Assembly (NCBI GenBank): GCA_017464565.1
Contig: JAFTZH010000008.1
Coordinates: forward strand, 441 to 64,440
Source: Clostridia bacterium
Lineage (GTDB): Bacteria; Bacillota; Clostridia; Oscillospirales; CAG-272
Direction: 5' to 3'
Length of the DNA stretch: 64,000 nt
This document shows, piece by piece, positions 37,314 to 45,237 of the stretch. A program made the translations under genes and the position numbers. Numbering within the stretch: position 1 is the first letter of the stretch; every line of letters starts with the position of its first letter. The notes under the pieces were generated by a model that worked only from the letters and a program-made list of their open reading frames with translations, had not been told where the DNA came from and did not search any database.

Positions 37314-38891
37314 ATGAATGCAAAAACCGTTCAGATTCTGATTGCGATGATAATCTATATGGCGGGAGTCATCGCTATCGGAATCGTATTCGCTAAAAGA
37401 GCGAATAAAAGTTCTGAAAATTATTTTTTGGGAGGACGTACACTCGGTCCTTGGGTAACCGCTATGAGCGCAGAAGCGTCGGATATGAGCGGCTGGCTTC
37501 TTATGGGTCTGCCCGGCGTTGCCTATTGGTGCGGTCTTGCCGACGCCGCGTGGACCGCGATAGGTCTTGCTATCGGTACGTATCTCAACTGGCTTATAGT
37601 TTCAAAGCGTCTGCGCCGATACAGCATACGCGCGAACAACTCAATCACCCTGCCCGACTTTTTCTCCAACAGATTCCGCGAAGGAGAAAAAAACAGTAAA
37701 AAAGTTATTATGACGCTTGCGGCAGGCTTTATACTTATCTTCTTCACAGTATATGCGGCAAGCTGTCTCGTTACCTGCGGAAAGCTTTTCTCTACGCTGT
37801 TCGGTGCTCCTTATATCGCTATGATGATACTCGGGGCGGTATTCGTTTTGCTTTACACTATTCTCGGCGGATTTTTGGCTGAGAGTGCCTCTGACTTTAT
37901 GCAGAGTATCGTTATGATAGTCGCTCTCGCGGTAATAGTTATCATCGGTACGGTAAACGCCGGCGGTATAGGTGCCGTGGTTGACAACGCTCAGTCTATT
38001 CCGGGATTCTTTGATTTCTTCAATCAGGCTACTCCCGTTCTGAACGAGGCGGGCGAGCAGGTAGTATCAAACGGAAGCCCCGTTTTCGGTGAGGCTTCAA
38101 GCTACGGCGTACTCCGTATATTCTCTATGCTCGCGTGGGGGCTCGGATATTTCGGTATGCCCCAGGTTCTCCTGCGCTTTATGGCAATACGCAGTGAAAA
38201 CGAGCTTAACCGTTCAAGACGCATCGCTATGATTTGGGTCGTAATCTCTCTCGCCGTCGCCGTGTTTATAGGAATAGTCGGAAGACAGGTATTCCCCACC
38301 GAGCACCTGACCTCCACCGACGCGGAGAATATCTTTATTACTCTTTCAACCTCTTCGCTGCCTCCCATTATAGCGGGCTTCGTTATGGCGGGTATTCTTG
38401 CCGCGACCATAAGCTCCTCCGACTCCTATCTGTTGATTGCCGCTTCCGCGTTTTCAAAAAACATCTATCAAGGTGTTTTCAAAAAGGATGCGAGCGACAA
38501 GCAGGTAATGACCATATCGAGAATAACGCTTTTGGTAATAACTTTGATTGCGGTAATTATAGCTTTGGATGAAAAAAGCGTTATCTTCCAAGTCGTATCC
38601 TTTGCTTGGGCAGGCTTTGGCGCTACCTTCGGTCCCCTTATGCTCTTCTCGCTGTTCTGGAAGCGTATCAACAAGGCGGGTGCTATTGCCGGTATGATAA
38701 GCGGTGCGGGAATGGTATTCCTCTGGAAGCTCGTAATAAGCAAGCTCGGCGGTATATTCGCAATCTACGAGCTGCTTCCCGCGTTTATCTTCTCGTCAAT
38801 CTGTATCGTGGTCGTGTCGCTACTGACCACCCCGCCTTCAAAGGAAATAGAAGAAGATTTTATAGCGGTTAAAGAAAACGTTCAAGAATAA
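37314..38891 (+). CDS. putP: Sodium:solute symporter family, proline symporter PutP-like
   Basis: RBS GAAGGGAG. About 13 TM helices. MSAEASDMSGWLLMGLPG is a signature of PutP-type SSS transporters. Confidence 0.8.
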   Translation: MNAKTVQILIAMIIYMAGVIAIGIVFAKRANKSSENYFLGGRTLGPWVTAMSAEASDMSGWLLMGLPGVAYWCGLADAAWTAIGLAIGTYLNWLIVSKRLRRYSIRANNSITLPDFFSNRFREGEKNSKKVIMTLAAGFILIFFTVYAASCLVTCGKLFSTLFGAPYIAMMILGAVFVLLYTILGGFLAESASDFMQSIVMIVALAVIVIIGTVNAGGIGAVVDNAQSIPGFFDFFNQATPVLNEAGEQVVSNGSPVFGEASSYGVLRIFSMLAWGLGYFGMPQVLLRFMAIRSENELNRSRRIAMIWVVISLAVAVFIGIVGRQVFPTEHLTSTDAENIFITLSTSSLPPIIAGFVMAGILAATISSSDSYLLIAASAFSKNIYQGVFKKDASDKQVMTISRITLLVITLIAVIIALDEKSVIFQVVSFAWAGFGATFGPLMLFSLFWKRINKAGAIAGMISGAGMVFLWKLVISKLGGIFAIYELLPAFIFSSICIVVVSLLTTPPSKEIEEDFIAVKENVQE

Positions 38892-38902
38892 AATTAAATT
38901 TA

Positions 38903-39232
38903 ATGAGGGGAGAAACTTTTGCAAAAGTTTCTCCCCTCACCCCTCTTCAAAAACTTTAAAACTTGGGTATGATTTTAGTTTTTCGTTTTGATTTCTACCA
39001 AAAAGCTTCTCCGTGCGGGAGGAGCAAGCCCCTCCCCTACCGAGTATGGTAAAACCCGAATTAAACTTTCCGTAGAAAGCAAGGCGAAAAATTAAACTAA
39101 AACCCAACGTTTAAAGATTTTTGAAGAGGGGGGTTTGGGGGGAGTGCCTTTTTGCAAAAAGGCACTCCCCCCATAAAACAAACACAAAACTTTCAAGTGG
39201 GAGGAGCTTTTTGCAAAAAGCTCCTCCCCCAT
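38903..39232. repeat. Composite imperfect palindrome made of two inverted copies (B and C) of the hairpin-plus-flank repeat, plus a third hairpin
   Basis: Left arm: hairpin at 38907-38936, then CCCTCTTCAAAAACTTTAAAACTTGGGT...TTTAGTTTTTCGTTTTGATTTCTACC. Right arm is the reverse complement: CCGTAGAAAGCAAGGCGAAAAATTAAACTAAAACCCAACGTTTAAAGATTTTTGAAGAGGGG, then a hairpin at 39137-39172. An extra hairpin lies at 39199-39228. Confidence 0.85.
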
Positions 39233-39242
39233 TAAATATATT

Positions 39243-40748
39243 TTATTCATCCATCAGCTCTCTCATAAGCGTCAGAAATTCCTGTTTTTCGGCATCTCCC
39301 GACAAATCAAGCTCCGAGAGCTTTGCGACGATGTCGGACAATCCCATATTGGAAATATATTTGCTCTTATGCAAAAGCATTGAGGTCTCGGCTACACAGC
39401 ATATAAATTTAAAATCTCCGCTCGGAGTTTCGGTATAAGCGCTCTTGTCTATCTTATATTCGTTAAGCAGGCTCTTGTCCTCACCAACAGGCTTATATCT
39501 CACCGCAAGCGTCATCCACTCACCATCAAGCTCCCGAGCTCCGTCGGTCAGTATAAGCTCATAACAAACCGTTACGGTATGCCCCGCTCCGACGTCGCCC
39601 GCGTCCTTGGTGTCGTCTTCAAAATCTTCTTCGTTCAAAAGTCGGTTCTCATAACCAACGAGCCTGTACGACTCCACCGCCTCACCGTTGAAGGTAATCT
39701 GGAGCTTTACGTCCCGTCCAACCGTGTAAAGCGTAGAAAAGATATCGCTTCCGAAAACCTTTTCCGCCTCGCTCTCACCGTCGATATAATAATATACTCC
39801 GTTGCCGTTGTCGGCAATTGCCTCCATATTGGCATCCTTAAAGTTGCCCGTTCCAAAGCCCAGCACCGAGAGATAAACTCCGCTGTCCCGCTTCTCTCCG
39901 ACGTACTTTTCAAGCTCCTCGGAGGAGGATATGCCAACGTTGAGATCTCCGTCGGATGCCATAATTATACGGTTGTTTCCGCCCTCGATAAAATATTTTT
40001 CGGCAAGAGCATAAGCCTTGGTAAGTCCCGCCTCGCCGTTCGTCGAGCCTTTAGCTTCGAGCTTGTTTACCGCTTTCATTATCGTCTCGCTCTTGCTTCC
40101 CTCGCAGCCTTCAAGCACGACCGCCTCCTTGCCCGAATAGGTAACTATCGAAACCACGTCGTTCTCGTCGAGCTGTGCCACGAGATACGAGAATGCTTTC
40201 TTCAAAAGAGGCAATTTGTCCTCCGACGACATCGAGCCCGACACGTCTATAAGAAACACGAGATTATTATCCGCCTTTATCTGCATTTCCTCGGTCTTGA
40301 GTCCGAGCACGAGAAGCGCCGATTCGTCGTTCCAAGGACACGGAGATATCTGCGCGTTTATCCCGAAAAGCTCGTTTTCCTTCGGTCCCTCGTAATCGTA
40401 GTCGAAATAATTTATCATTTCCTCCGTTCTTATCGAATTTCCGCCCGTCGATATAAGTCCGCTCAAGTCGTATCCCGAATTTACGAGCTTGCGGAAATAA
40501 GCGTAGGACGCCGTATCAACGTCTGCGGAAAATGTGGATATCGGTGTATCCGCGGTTTTTATAAATTCGTTTTCGACGAGCTTGCCGTATTCGCTATCAC
40601 TCTCCGATACGTTTTTCACTCCCGAATTTCCCGCCGCTCCGTCGGCTCCCAGCTCCATATCGCCCGCTTCGTCGTTTTTCGCGCCGCAGCCAAAAAGACA
40701 AATCGTCAGCATCAGCACCGCAAGTAATAAAGATATAATTTTTTTCAT
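39243..40748 (-). CDS. von Willebrand factor type A domain lipoprotein (YfbK-like)
   Basis: The start MKKIISLLLAVLMLTICLFGCGA (lipobox) has RBS GGAGA. The track ORF begins 63 nt further upstream. MIDAS motif LVFLIDVSGSMSS. Confidence 0.8.
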   Translation of the reverse strand: MKKIISLLLAVLMLTICLFGCGAKNDEAGDMELGADGAAGNSGVKNVSESDSEYGKLVENEFIKTADTPISTFSADVDTASYAYFRKLVNSGYDLSGLISTGGNSIRTEEMINYFDYDYEGPKENELFGINAQISPCPWNDESALLVLGLKTEEMQIKADNNLVFLIDVSGSMSSEDKLPLLKKAFSYLVAQLDENDVVSIVTYSGKEAVVLEGCEGSKSETIMKAVNKLEAKGSTNGEAGLTKAYALAEKYFIEGGNNRIIMASDGDLNVGISSSEELEKYVGEKRDSGVYLSVLGFGTGNFKDANMEAIADNGNGVYYYIDGESEAEKVFGSDIFSTLYTVGRDVKLQITFNGEAVESYRLVGYENRLLNEEDFEDDTKDAGDVGAGHTVTVCYELILTDGARELDGEWMTLAVRYKPVGEDKSLLNEYKIDKSAYTETPSGDFKFICCVAETSMLLHKSKYISNMGLSDIVAKLSELDLSGDAEKQEFLTLMRELMDE

Positions 40749-40791
40749 AGCTTTTCTCCTTTCGACAGTCAAAAGTTGAATAGGATAAAAG

Positions 40792-41451
40792 TCAGCCGTC
40801 AGAATCGGCAACGATATCGTCTACGAGTTTGGTAAGCTCGCTTGACGGTATTATCTCGGGCGAGTAAGAGAACAATTCTCCGTATCCCACGTTCCCGTCG
40901 GATTTCTTAAGATACGGTGAAATGACGCTTCCGTCTCCCATACTTATCCAAACGCTCACCTCGTCGGACGAGCCGCCGTCCGATACCGACTCGGAATTGG
41001 AATAAGCAGCCTCAACGGCGCGTGTCAGCCTTGCTCTTTTCTCGGCTCCCGCAAGAGAGATAGCGTAATATTCTCCGCCCTCTCTTCGCCAGATTATCCT
41101 TGCCGTTCCGTCAAACAGATCCACACTCTCAAGCGTACACTCCTCGGCAATTCCGCTCGTCTCCGCCTTATAAAGCGCATCGGAAAGACTCTCGGAATAT
41201 ACCGCCGATACTCCGTCATCGCTTCCCTCGTCCCTCGGTGCGAGCCTGTCGCGCAAAAAGCCTATGAGAAGTGTTCCCGTAAATACCATCGCGAAAACCA
41301 TAACTGCCGCCGCGGCAATAACGGTTTTTCTGAACCGACTTACCCCAACGGAAGAATGTTTATTATATTCCGCCGCCTGAGCCACGATAGCGTCGTCTAT
41401 GAGTCCAAGCTCGTCAAACAGATATTCCGCTTTTTTCATTCTGTCATTCAT
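40792..41451 (-). CDS. Putative anti-sigma factor (single-pass membrane protein)
   Basis: Overlaps the sigma gene stop by 4 nt. Short cytoplasmic N-terminus, one TM (VIAAAAVMVFAMVFTGTLLIGFL) and an extracytoplasmic domain. Assigned by context. Confidence 0.45.
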   Translation of the reverse strand: MNDRMKKAEYLFDELGLIDDAIVAQAAEYNKHSSVGVSRFRKTVIAAAAVMVFAMVFTGTLLIGFLRDRLAPRDEGSDDGVSAVYSESLSDALYKAETSGIAEECTLESVDLFDGTARIIWRREGGEYYAISLAGAEKRARLTRAVEAAYSNSESVSDGGSSDEVSVWISMGDGSVISPYLKKSDGNVGYGELFSYSPEIIPSSELTKLVDDIVADSDG

Positions 41452-41999
41452 AAAAGCTCTTCCTCCCGAAGTACTTCCCGAAGCGACTGACGCGTACGTG
41501 ACAAAATACTCTTTACGCTTCCCGTTTTAATTCCAAGCTCCGCCGATATTTTTTCTATCGGCTCGGAATAAAAATACCTGCGCACGAATATCGCTCTCTT
41601 TTTTCGGTCAAGCCCCAGCAAAAAAGAGTTCAGCGTCTCCGCAAGCCTTCCGTTCTCGTATTCCTCCGACACCGTGGACCGCGACGGAATACATTCGCTC
41701 AGCTCCTCTATTATCTTCCCCGCACCGCCTCGCTTCTCGCTGTGCTCCGAGCGGTATCTCGAAACCGATATCCGTCTTACTATCTTTGCTAAAAACGCTC
41801 CGAGATATGTCGGTCTTTCCTCAGGCATACTCTGCCACGCGGCAAGATATGTGTCGTTGACGCACTCCTCGGCGTCTTGTGCCGAGGATAAAAGCGAAAA
41901 GGAAATAGAGTTAAGCATTCTTCCGTACTTTCGGTCGGTCTCGCTCACGGCCGATTCGGAACGCGCCCAATATAGATCTACTATCTGACTATCCTCCAT
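41448..41999 (-). CDS. ECF-type sigma-70 family RNA polymerase sigma factor
   Basis: MEDSQIVDLYWARSESAVSETDRKYG..., with region 2 and region 4 (SILSRTRQSLREVL). The start at 41999 has RBS GGAGG 8 nt upstream. The track ORF extends to 42038. Confidence 0.8.
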   Translation of the reverse strand: MEDSQIVDLYWARSESAVSETDRKYGRMLNSISFSLLSSAQDAEECVNDTYLAAWQSMPEERPTYLGAFLAKIVRRISVSRYRSEHSEKRGGAGKIIEELSECIPSRSTVSEEYENGRLAETLNSFLLGLDRKKRAIFVRRYFYSEPIEKISAELGIKTGSVKSILSRTRQSLREVLREEELL

Positions 42000-42067
42000 T
42001 TTTTCGACCTCCATCTGATATGTCGCATTTTTTTCCAAAAGGTTGCATATTTTTGGATTTTTTATTT

Positions 42068-42613
42068 TTATTCCGCTCCCGTAAGCTTTACGTACGTAAT
42101 TTCGTGTCCCGTGAAAGCAAGAAAAGTTCTGAAAACGTCAGCGGTTCTTATCTTAAGACTCGATGTGTTCACGCAGGGATGACAGCCTATGTACTCGTTT
42201 GACGCAAGCTCCCCGTCAACGAGCAGCTTCACGTTTTTATCAGTATCGTTCATAAGTCCCATAACGCTCACCGCCCCGGGAGAAACTCCGAGATATCTCT
42301 CCATATCCTCTGCGGAAGCGAAGGAAAGCCGCGCGCTTCCTATCTGCGCCGAAAGCTCCTTGGTTTTAAACGGCTTGTCCGCAGGCATAAGCAACAAATA
42401 AAAGTCGGTTTTTTGTCTGTTGCATAAAAATAAGTTTTTGCACATCCGCACACCGAGCGCATCGTCGGTCTCTCGGCAATCCTCCATGGTCATAGCGGCT
42501 CCGTGGTCCGCTCTATCGTATTTTATTCCCAATGCGTCGAGCGTATCGTACACCGCAAGCTCTCTTGCCTCGCGTCCTTCGGTAACATTTGGGCGTCCTT
42601 TATATACGTTCAT
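42068..42613 (-). CDS. Prolyl-tRNA synthetase-associated editing domain protein (YbaK/ProX family)
   Basis: 181 aa. CKNLFLCNRQKTDFYLLLMPADK...GVSPGAVSVMG is a pattern typical of the YbaK/ProRS-associated domain. Confidence 0.75.
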   Translation of the reverse strand: MNVYKGRPNVTEGREARELAVYDTLDALGIKYDRADHGAAMTMEDCRETDDALGVRMCKNLFLCNRQKTDFYLLLMPADKPFKTKELSAQIGSARLSFASAEDMERYLGVSPGAVSVMGLMNDTDKNVKLLVDGELASNEYIGCHPCVNTSSLKIRTADVFRTFLAFTGHEITYVKLTGAE

Positions 42614-42759
42614 TTTAAAAATCTCCTTAATAAAAAATTATTTTTTTCAAATTAGTATTGCTTTTTTTTTTAATATGTGGTAAAATTAAAGCGTTAATGA
42701 CTTTTAACGTGGCTTTGGCTCGTTACAAAATACGGAATACAATAACTCGGAGGTTAATA

Positions 42760-43011
42760 ATGAGTGCTTTGGAAATAGTTCTCGGTATCGTTATTTTGGT
42801 TTTATCGGCAGTTCTCGTTGTCTGCGTTCTTATGCAGTCTGGAAAGGACAAAAGACTGTCCGGCTCTATCGCGGGAGGTGCTGAAACCTTCTTTGGAAAA
42901 ACCAAGGGTAAAACGACCGATAAAATCTTCAGCAGAATGACGACTATTCTTTCTTTCGTTTTCGTTGCTACAATGGTTGTTATGTACATCTTCATTGCCA
43001 ACGCTTATTAA
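42760..43011 (+). CDS. secG: Preprotein translocase subunit SecG
   Basis: The start MSALEIVLGIVILVLSAVLVVCVLMQSGKD has RBS GGAGG. Two TM helices with a Gly-rich loop GSIAGGAETFFG. 83 aa. The track ORF starts further upstream. Confidence 0.85.
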   Translation: MSALEIVLGIVILVLSAVLVVCVLMQSGKDKRLSGSIAGGAETFFGKTKGKTTDKIFSRMTTILSFVFVATMVVMYIFIANAY

Positions 43012-43038
43012 TTAAAAATCAAAATGTTAAAACGATTT

Positions 43039-43076
43039 TCGGGGATATCGCTTACGATATCCCCGAATTTCTTTTT
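43039..43076 (+). terminator. secG terminator
   Basis: TCGGGGATATCG-CTTA-CGATATCCCCGA followed by ATTTCTTTTTT. Confidence 0.8.
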
Positions 43077-43290
43077 TATCCCGCCGAGCCGTGTAACCAG
43101 GATAGAGAAACCCTGCGTTGCAAGGCGGTGTCCTATCTCACGCTTTACTGCTCCCAACGTCCTCTTTTCCTGTCGAGACAAGTCAATCGAGGAGAAAAGA
43201 GGGAGGTCTGCAAACCACGTTTGATCTCTTTTTTCGGACTCCTTTTTCTATTTGTAGGTTTTTTTCGAGATTATCACGCACTAAGCAGGA

Positions 43291-43412
43291 CTTACTTTTT
43301 CTTTTAAAAAAGAAAAAGTAAACAAAAAGAAAACATTGCCACACAATATTCGCCTTATCTTTTCGTATTGCTTTCTTTTGCATACTTTTCTTTCTCACGA
43401 AAGAAAAGTATG
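43291..43412. repeat. Single copy of the 76-bp repeat unit family (AT-rich hairpin variant) plus a second hairpin
   Basis: CTTACTTTTTCTTTTAAAAAAGAAAAAGTAAACAAAAAGAAAACATTGCCACACAATATTCGCCTTATCTTTTCGTATTGCTTTC aligns with the units at 44949-45150. A second hairpin CATACTTTTCTTTC-TCAC-GAAAGAAAAGTATG lies at 43381-43412. Confidence 0.75.
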
Positions 43413-43718
43413 TCAATCATAATCTATTTCCTGAGTGAAAAGGTCGTCGAAATAGTCGGCAACGTCGTCAAGCTCGTCATCGTCGTCGATAGTAACGAGT
43501 ATTTCCTCGCCGTCTTCCTCGGCAAGCTTGAGGATTATATATTCGCAAACGTCGCTGTCGTTATTCGCATCGTCCTCAACGGGTATCATAGCGAAATATC
43601 TCTCGCCGTCTCTTTCGCACTCGGCTATCATTTCAAACTCTATCTCGTTCCCGTCCTCGTCGGTGAGAGTAAAGTAATCGTTATCCATTATGTTCTCTTC
43701 CATTTTAACGTCCTCCAA
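43413..43718 (-). CDS. DUF1292 domain-containing acidic protein
   Basis: 101 aa. FTLTDEDGNEIEFEMIAECERDGERYFAMIPVEDD...ILKL..EDGEE.L..I.DDDE is a DUF1292 pattern. Confidence 0.8.
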   Translation of the reverse strand: MEDVKMEENIMDNDYFTLTDEDGNEIEFEMIAECERDGERYFAMIPVEDDANNDSDVCEYIILKLAEEDGEEILVTIDDDDELDDVADYFDDLFTQEIDYD

Positions 43719-43795
43719 AACATACGTATCAACTAAAAATTCTATATTTATATTTTATTATAAATCTCTTATAAAGTCAACAGTTTTATAAAATT

Positions 43796-44929
43796 TTATA
43801 AAGCTTCAAAATCGAGAATATCGGACAAAATAAAATTACTCACAAAAAAGCCCTTGTCGCTGAAGAAAGTATTGCCCGCCGTTTGACGAACGTAACCGTC
43901 CTTTGCGTATTTTTCAAGGCGATATCCGTATATCTCAGAAAAATCTCTGCCGAACCTTTCAAAAAAAGCCTTATGCTCAACTCCCGCCTTCAAGCGCATA
44001 CGAAGCATAACGTATTCAGCCATTCTCTCACGAGGCGTAATCACCCTTCTCTCCTCGGTTACGTCAAGTCCCTTGATATACGCTTCTATATCGCGGGAAT
44101 TTGAAAATCTTTCACCGCCGAAATAGGAGTGCGCCGAAATGCCGAAGCCGAGATATTCGTCCCCGTTCCAATATTTTATATTATGCCGGCACTCGTACCC
44201 CTTGCGCGAAAAATTGCTTATCTCATATTTATCATACCCGTTTTCCGCAAGAAAATCCGTACACATCGTATACATTTCATATTCCGCATCCTCATCGGGC
44301 AAAACAAGCTCGTCTGCCATCTTAAAAAACGGCGTTCCCTCCTCTATCTTAAGACCGTAAGCTGAAATATGCTCGGGTGCGAGAGAGACGACGTCGGAAA
44401 GCGTTTTTTTGAAGCTATCTGCGGTCTGATACGGTATACCGTACATAAGGTCGGCGCTGATATTTTCAAATTCTGCCTTTCGCGCGTCGTTATACGTACT
44501 GACAAAATCCGAATAACTATGTATACGACCAAGTGCCCGAAGCTCCATATCATTGCTGCTCTGCAGACCGATGCTGAGTCGGTTTACACCAATCTCACGA
44601 AGTTTCAGAAGGTAGTCAAGATCGACCGTAGCGGGATTACATTCACTGCTTATCTCACAATCCGTGTCAATGCAAAAGTTCTTTCGTAAAGTATCAATTA
44701 TTCTCTCAAATTCATTTATAGGCAACAGCGTGGGTGTACCCCCGCCAAAATAGACCGTATCAACAGTATATCCGAGACAATCGGCAGCGCGCGATTCTAT
44801 ATCGCGGCAAAGCGCCGACACATATCCCTCTATTAAACCTTCCTCACTTTTCGGAAAGGAGCAAAAATCACAGTACATACATTTTTGAATACAAAATGGT
44901 ATGTGTATGTATATTCCAAGCTTCTTCAT
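43796..44929 (-). CDS. hemW: Radical SAM family heme chaperone HemW
   Basis: LGIYIHIPFCIQKCMYCDF, 377 aa. HemN-like protein lacking the N-terminal extension. Conserved position downstream of lepA. Confidence 0.9.
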   Translation of the reverse strand: MKKLGIYIHIPFCIQKCMYCDFCSFPKSEEGLIEGYVSALCRDIESRAADCLGYTVDTVYFGGGTPTLLPINEFERIIDTLRKNFCIDTDCEISSECNPATVDLDYLLKLREIGVNRLSIGLQSSNDMELRALGRIHSYSDFVSTYNDARKAEFENISADLMYGIPYQTADSFKKTLSDVVSLAPEHISAYGLKIEEGTPFFKMADELVLPDEDAEYEMYTMCTDFLAENGYDKYEISNFSRKGYECRHNIKYWNGDEYLGFGISAHSYFGGERFSNSRDIEAYIKGLDVTEERRVITPRERMAEYVMLRMRLKAGVEHKAFFERFGRDFSEIYGYRLEKYAKDGYVRQTAGNTFFSDKGFFVSNFILSDILDFEAL

Positions 44930-44948
44930 TTTATACCTCTTTTCTCCC

Positions 44949-45217
44949 TTACTTTTTCTTTTGCAAAAGAAAAAGTAAGCAAAAAGAAAACATTACCTTA
45001 CAACATTCAACTTAATCTATTCGTGTATCTTTCTACACGCAAAAGAAAAAGTAAGCAAAAAGAAAACATTGCCTTACAACATTCAACTTAATCTATTCGT
45101 GTATCTTTCTACACGCAAAAGAAAAAGTAAGCAAAAAGAAAACATTGCCTAAGATTTCTTGAAGAGGAGGGGGGTATGGGGGAGGAGGAACTTCTTGCAA
45201 GAAGTTCCTCCTCCCCC
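44949..45217. repeat. Tandem array (about 2.5 x 76 bp) followed by a GC-clamped hairpin module of the dispersed repeat family (copy D)
   Basis: Units start at 44963, 45039 and 45115 (GCAAAAGAAAAAGTAAGCAAAAAGAAAACATTRCCTTACAACATTCAACTTAATCTATTCGTGTATCTTTCTACAC). They are preceded by the hairpin CTTACTTTTTCTTTTGCAAAAGAAAAAGTAAG. Then comes AAGATTTCTTGAAGAGGAGGGGGGTATGGGGGAGGAGGAACTTCTTGCAAGAAGTTCCTCCTCCCCC (hairpin at 45178-45217). Confidence 0.85.
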
Positions 45218-45237
45218 AAAAATCAAATCCCCGCAAA

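Noticed and set aside
39579-40727. A 382-aa plus-strand ORF.
   Set aside because: It is antisense to the vWA lipoprotein gene, is rich in Arg, Val, Phe and Leu, and has no recognisable domain.
43024-43416. Small overlapping ORFs of 66-77 aa on both strands in the secG/DUF1292 gap.
   Set aside because: They run through terminator hairpins and repeat units, have no RBS, and give low-complexity translations.
44963-45150. Possible CRISPR-like array, with regularly spaced 38-bp repeats separated by 38-bp intervening segments.
   Set aside because: The intervening segments are identical in each unit, so this is a plain 76-bp tandem repeat. There are only about 2.5 units, no cas genes, and related single copies elsewhere.
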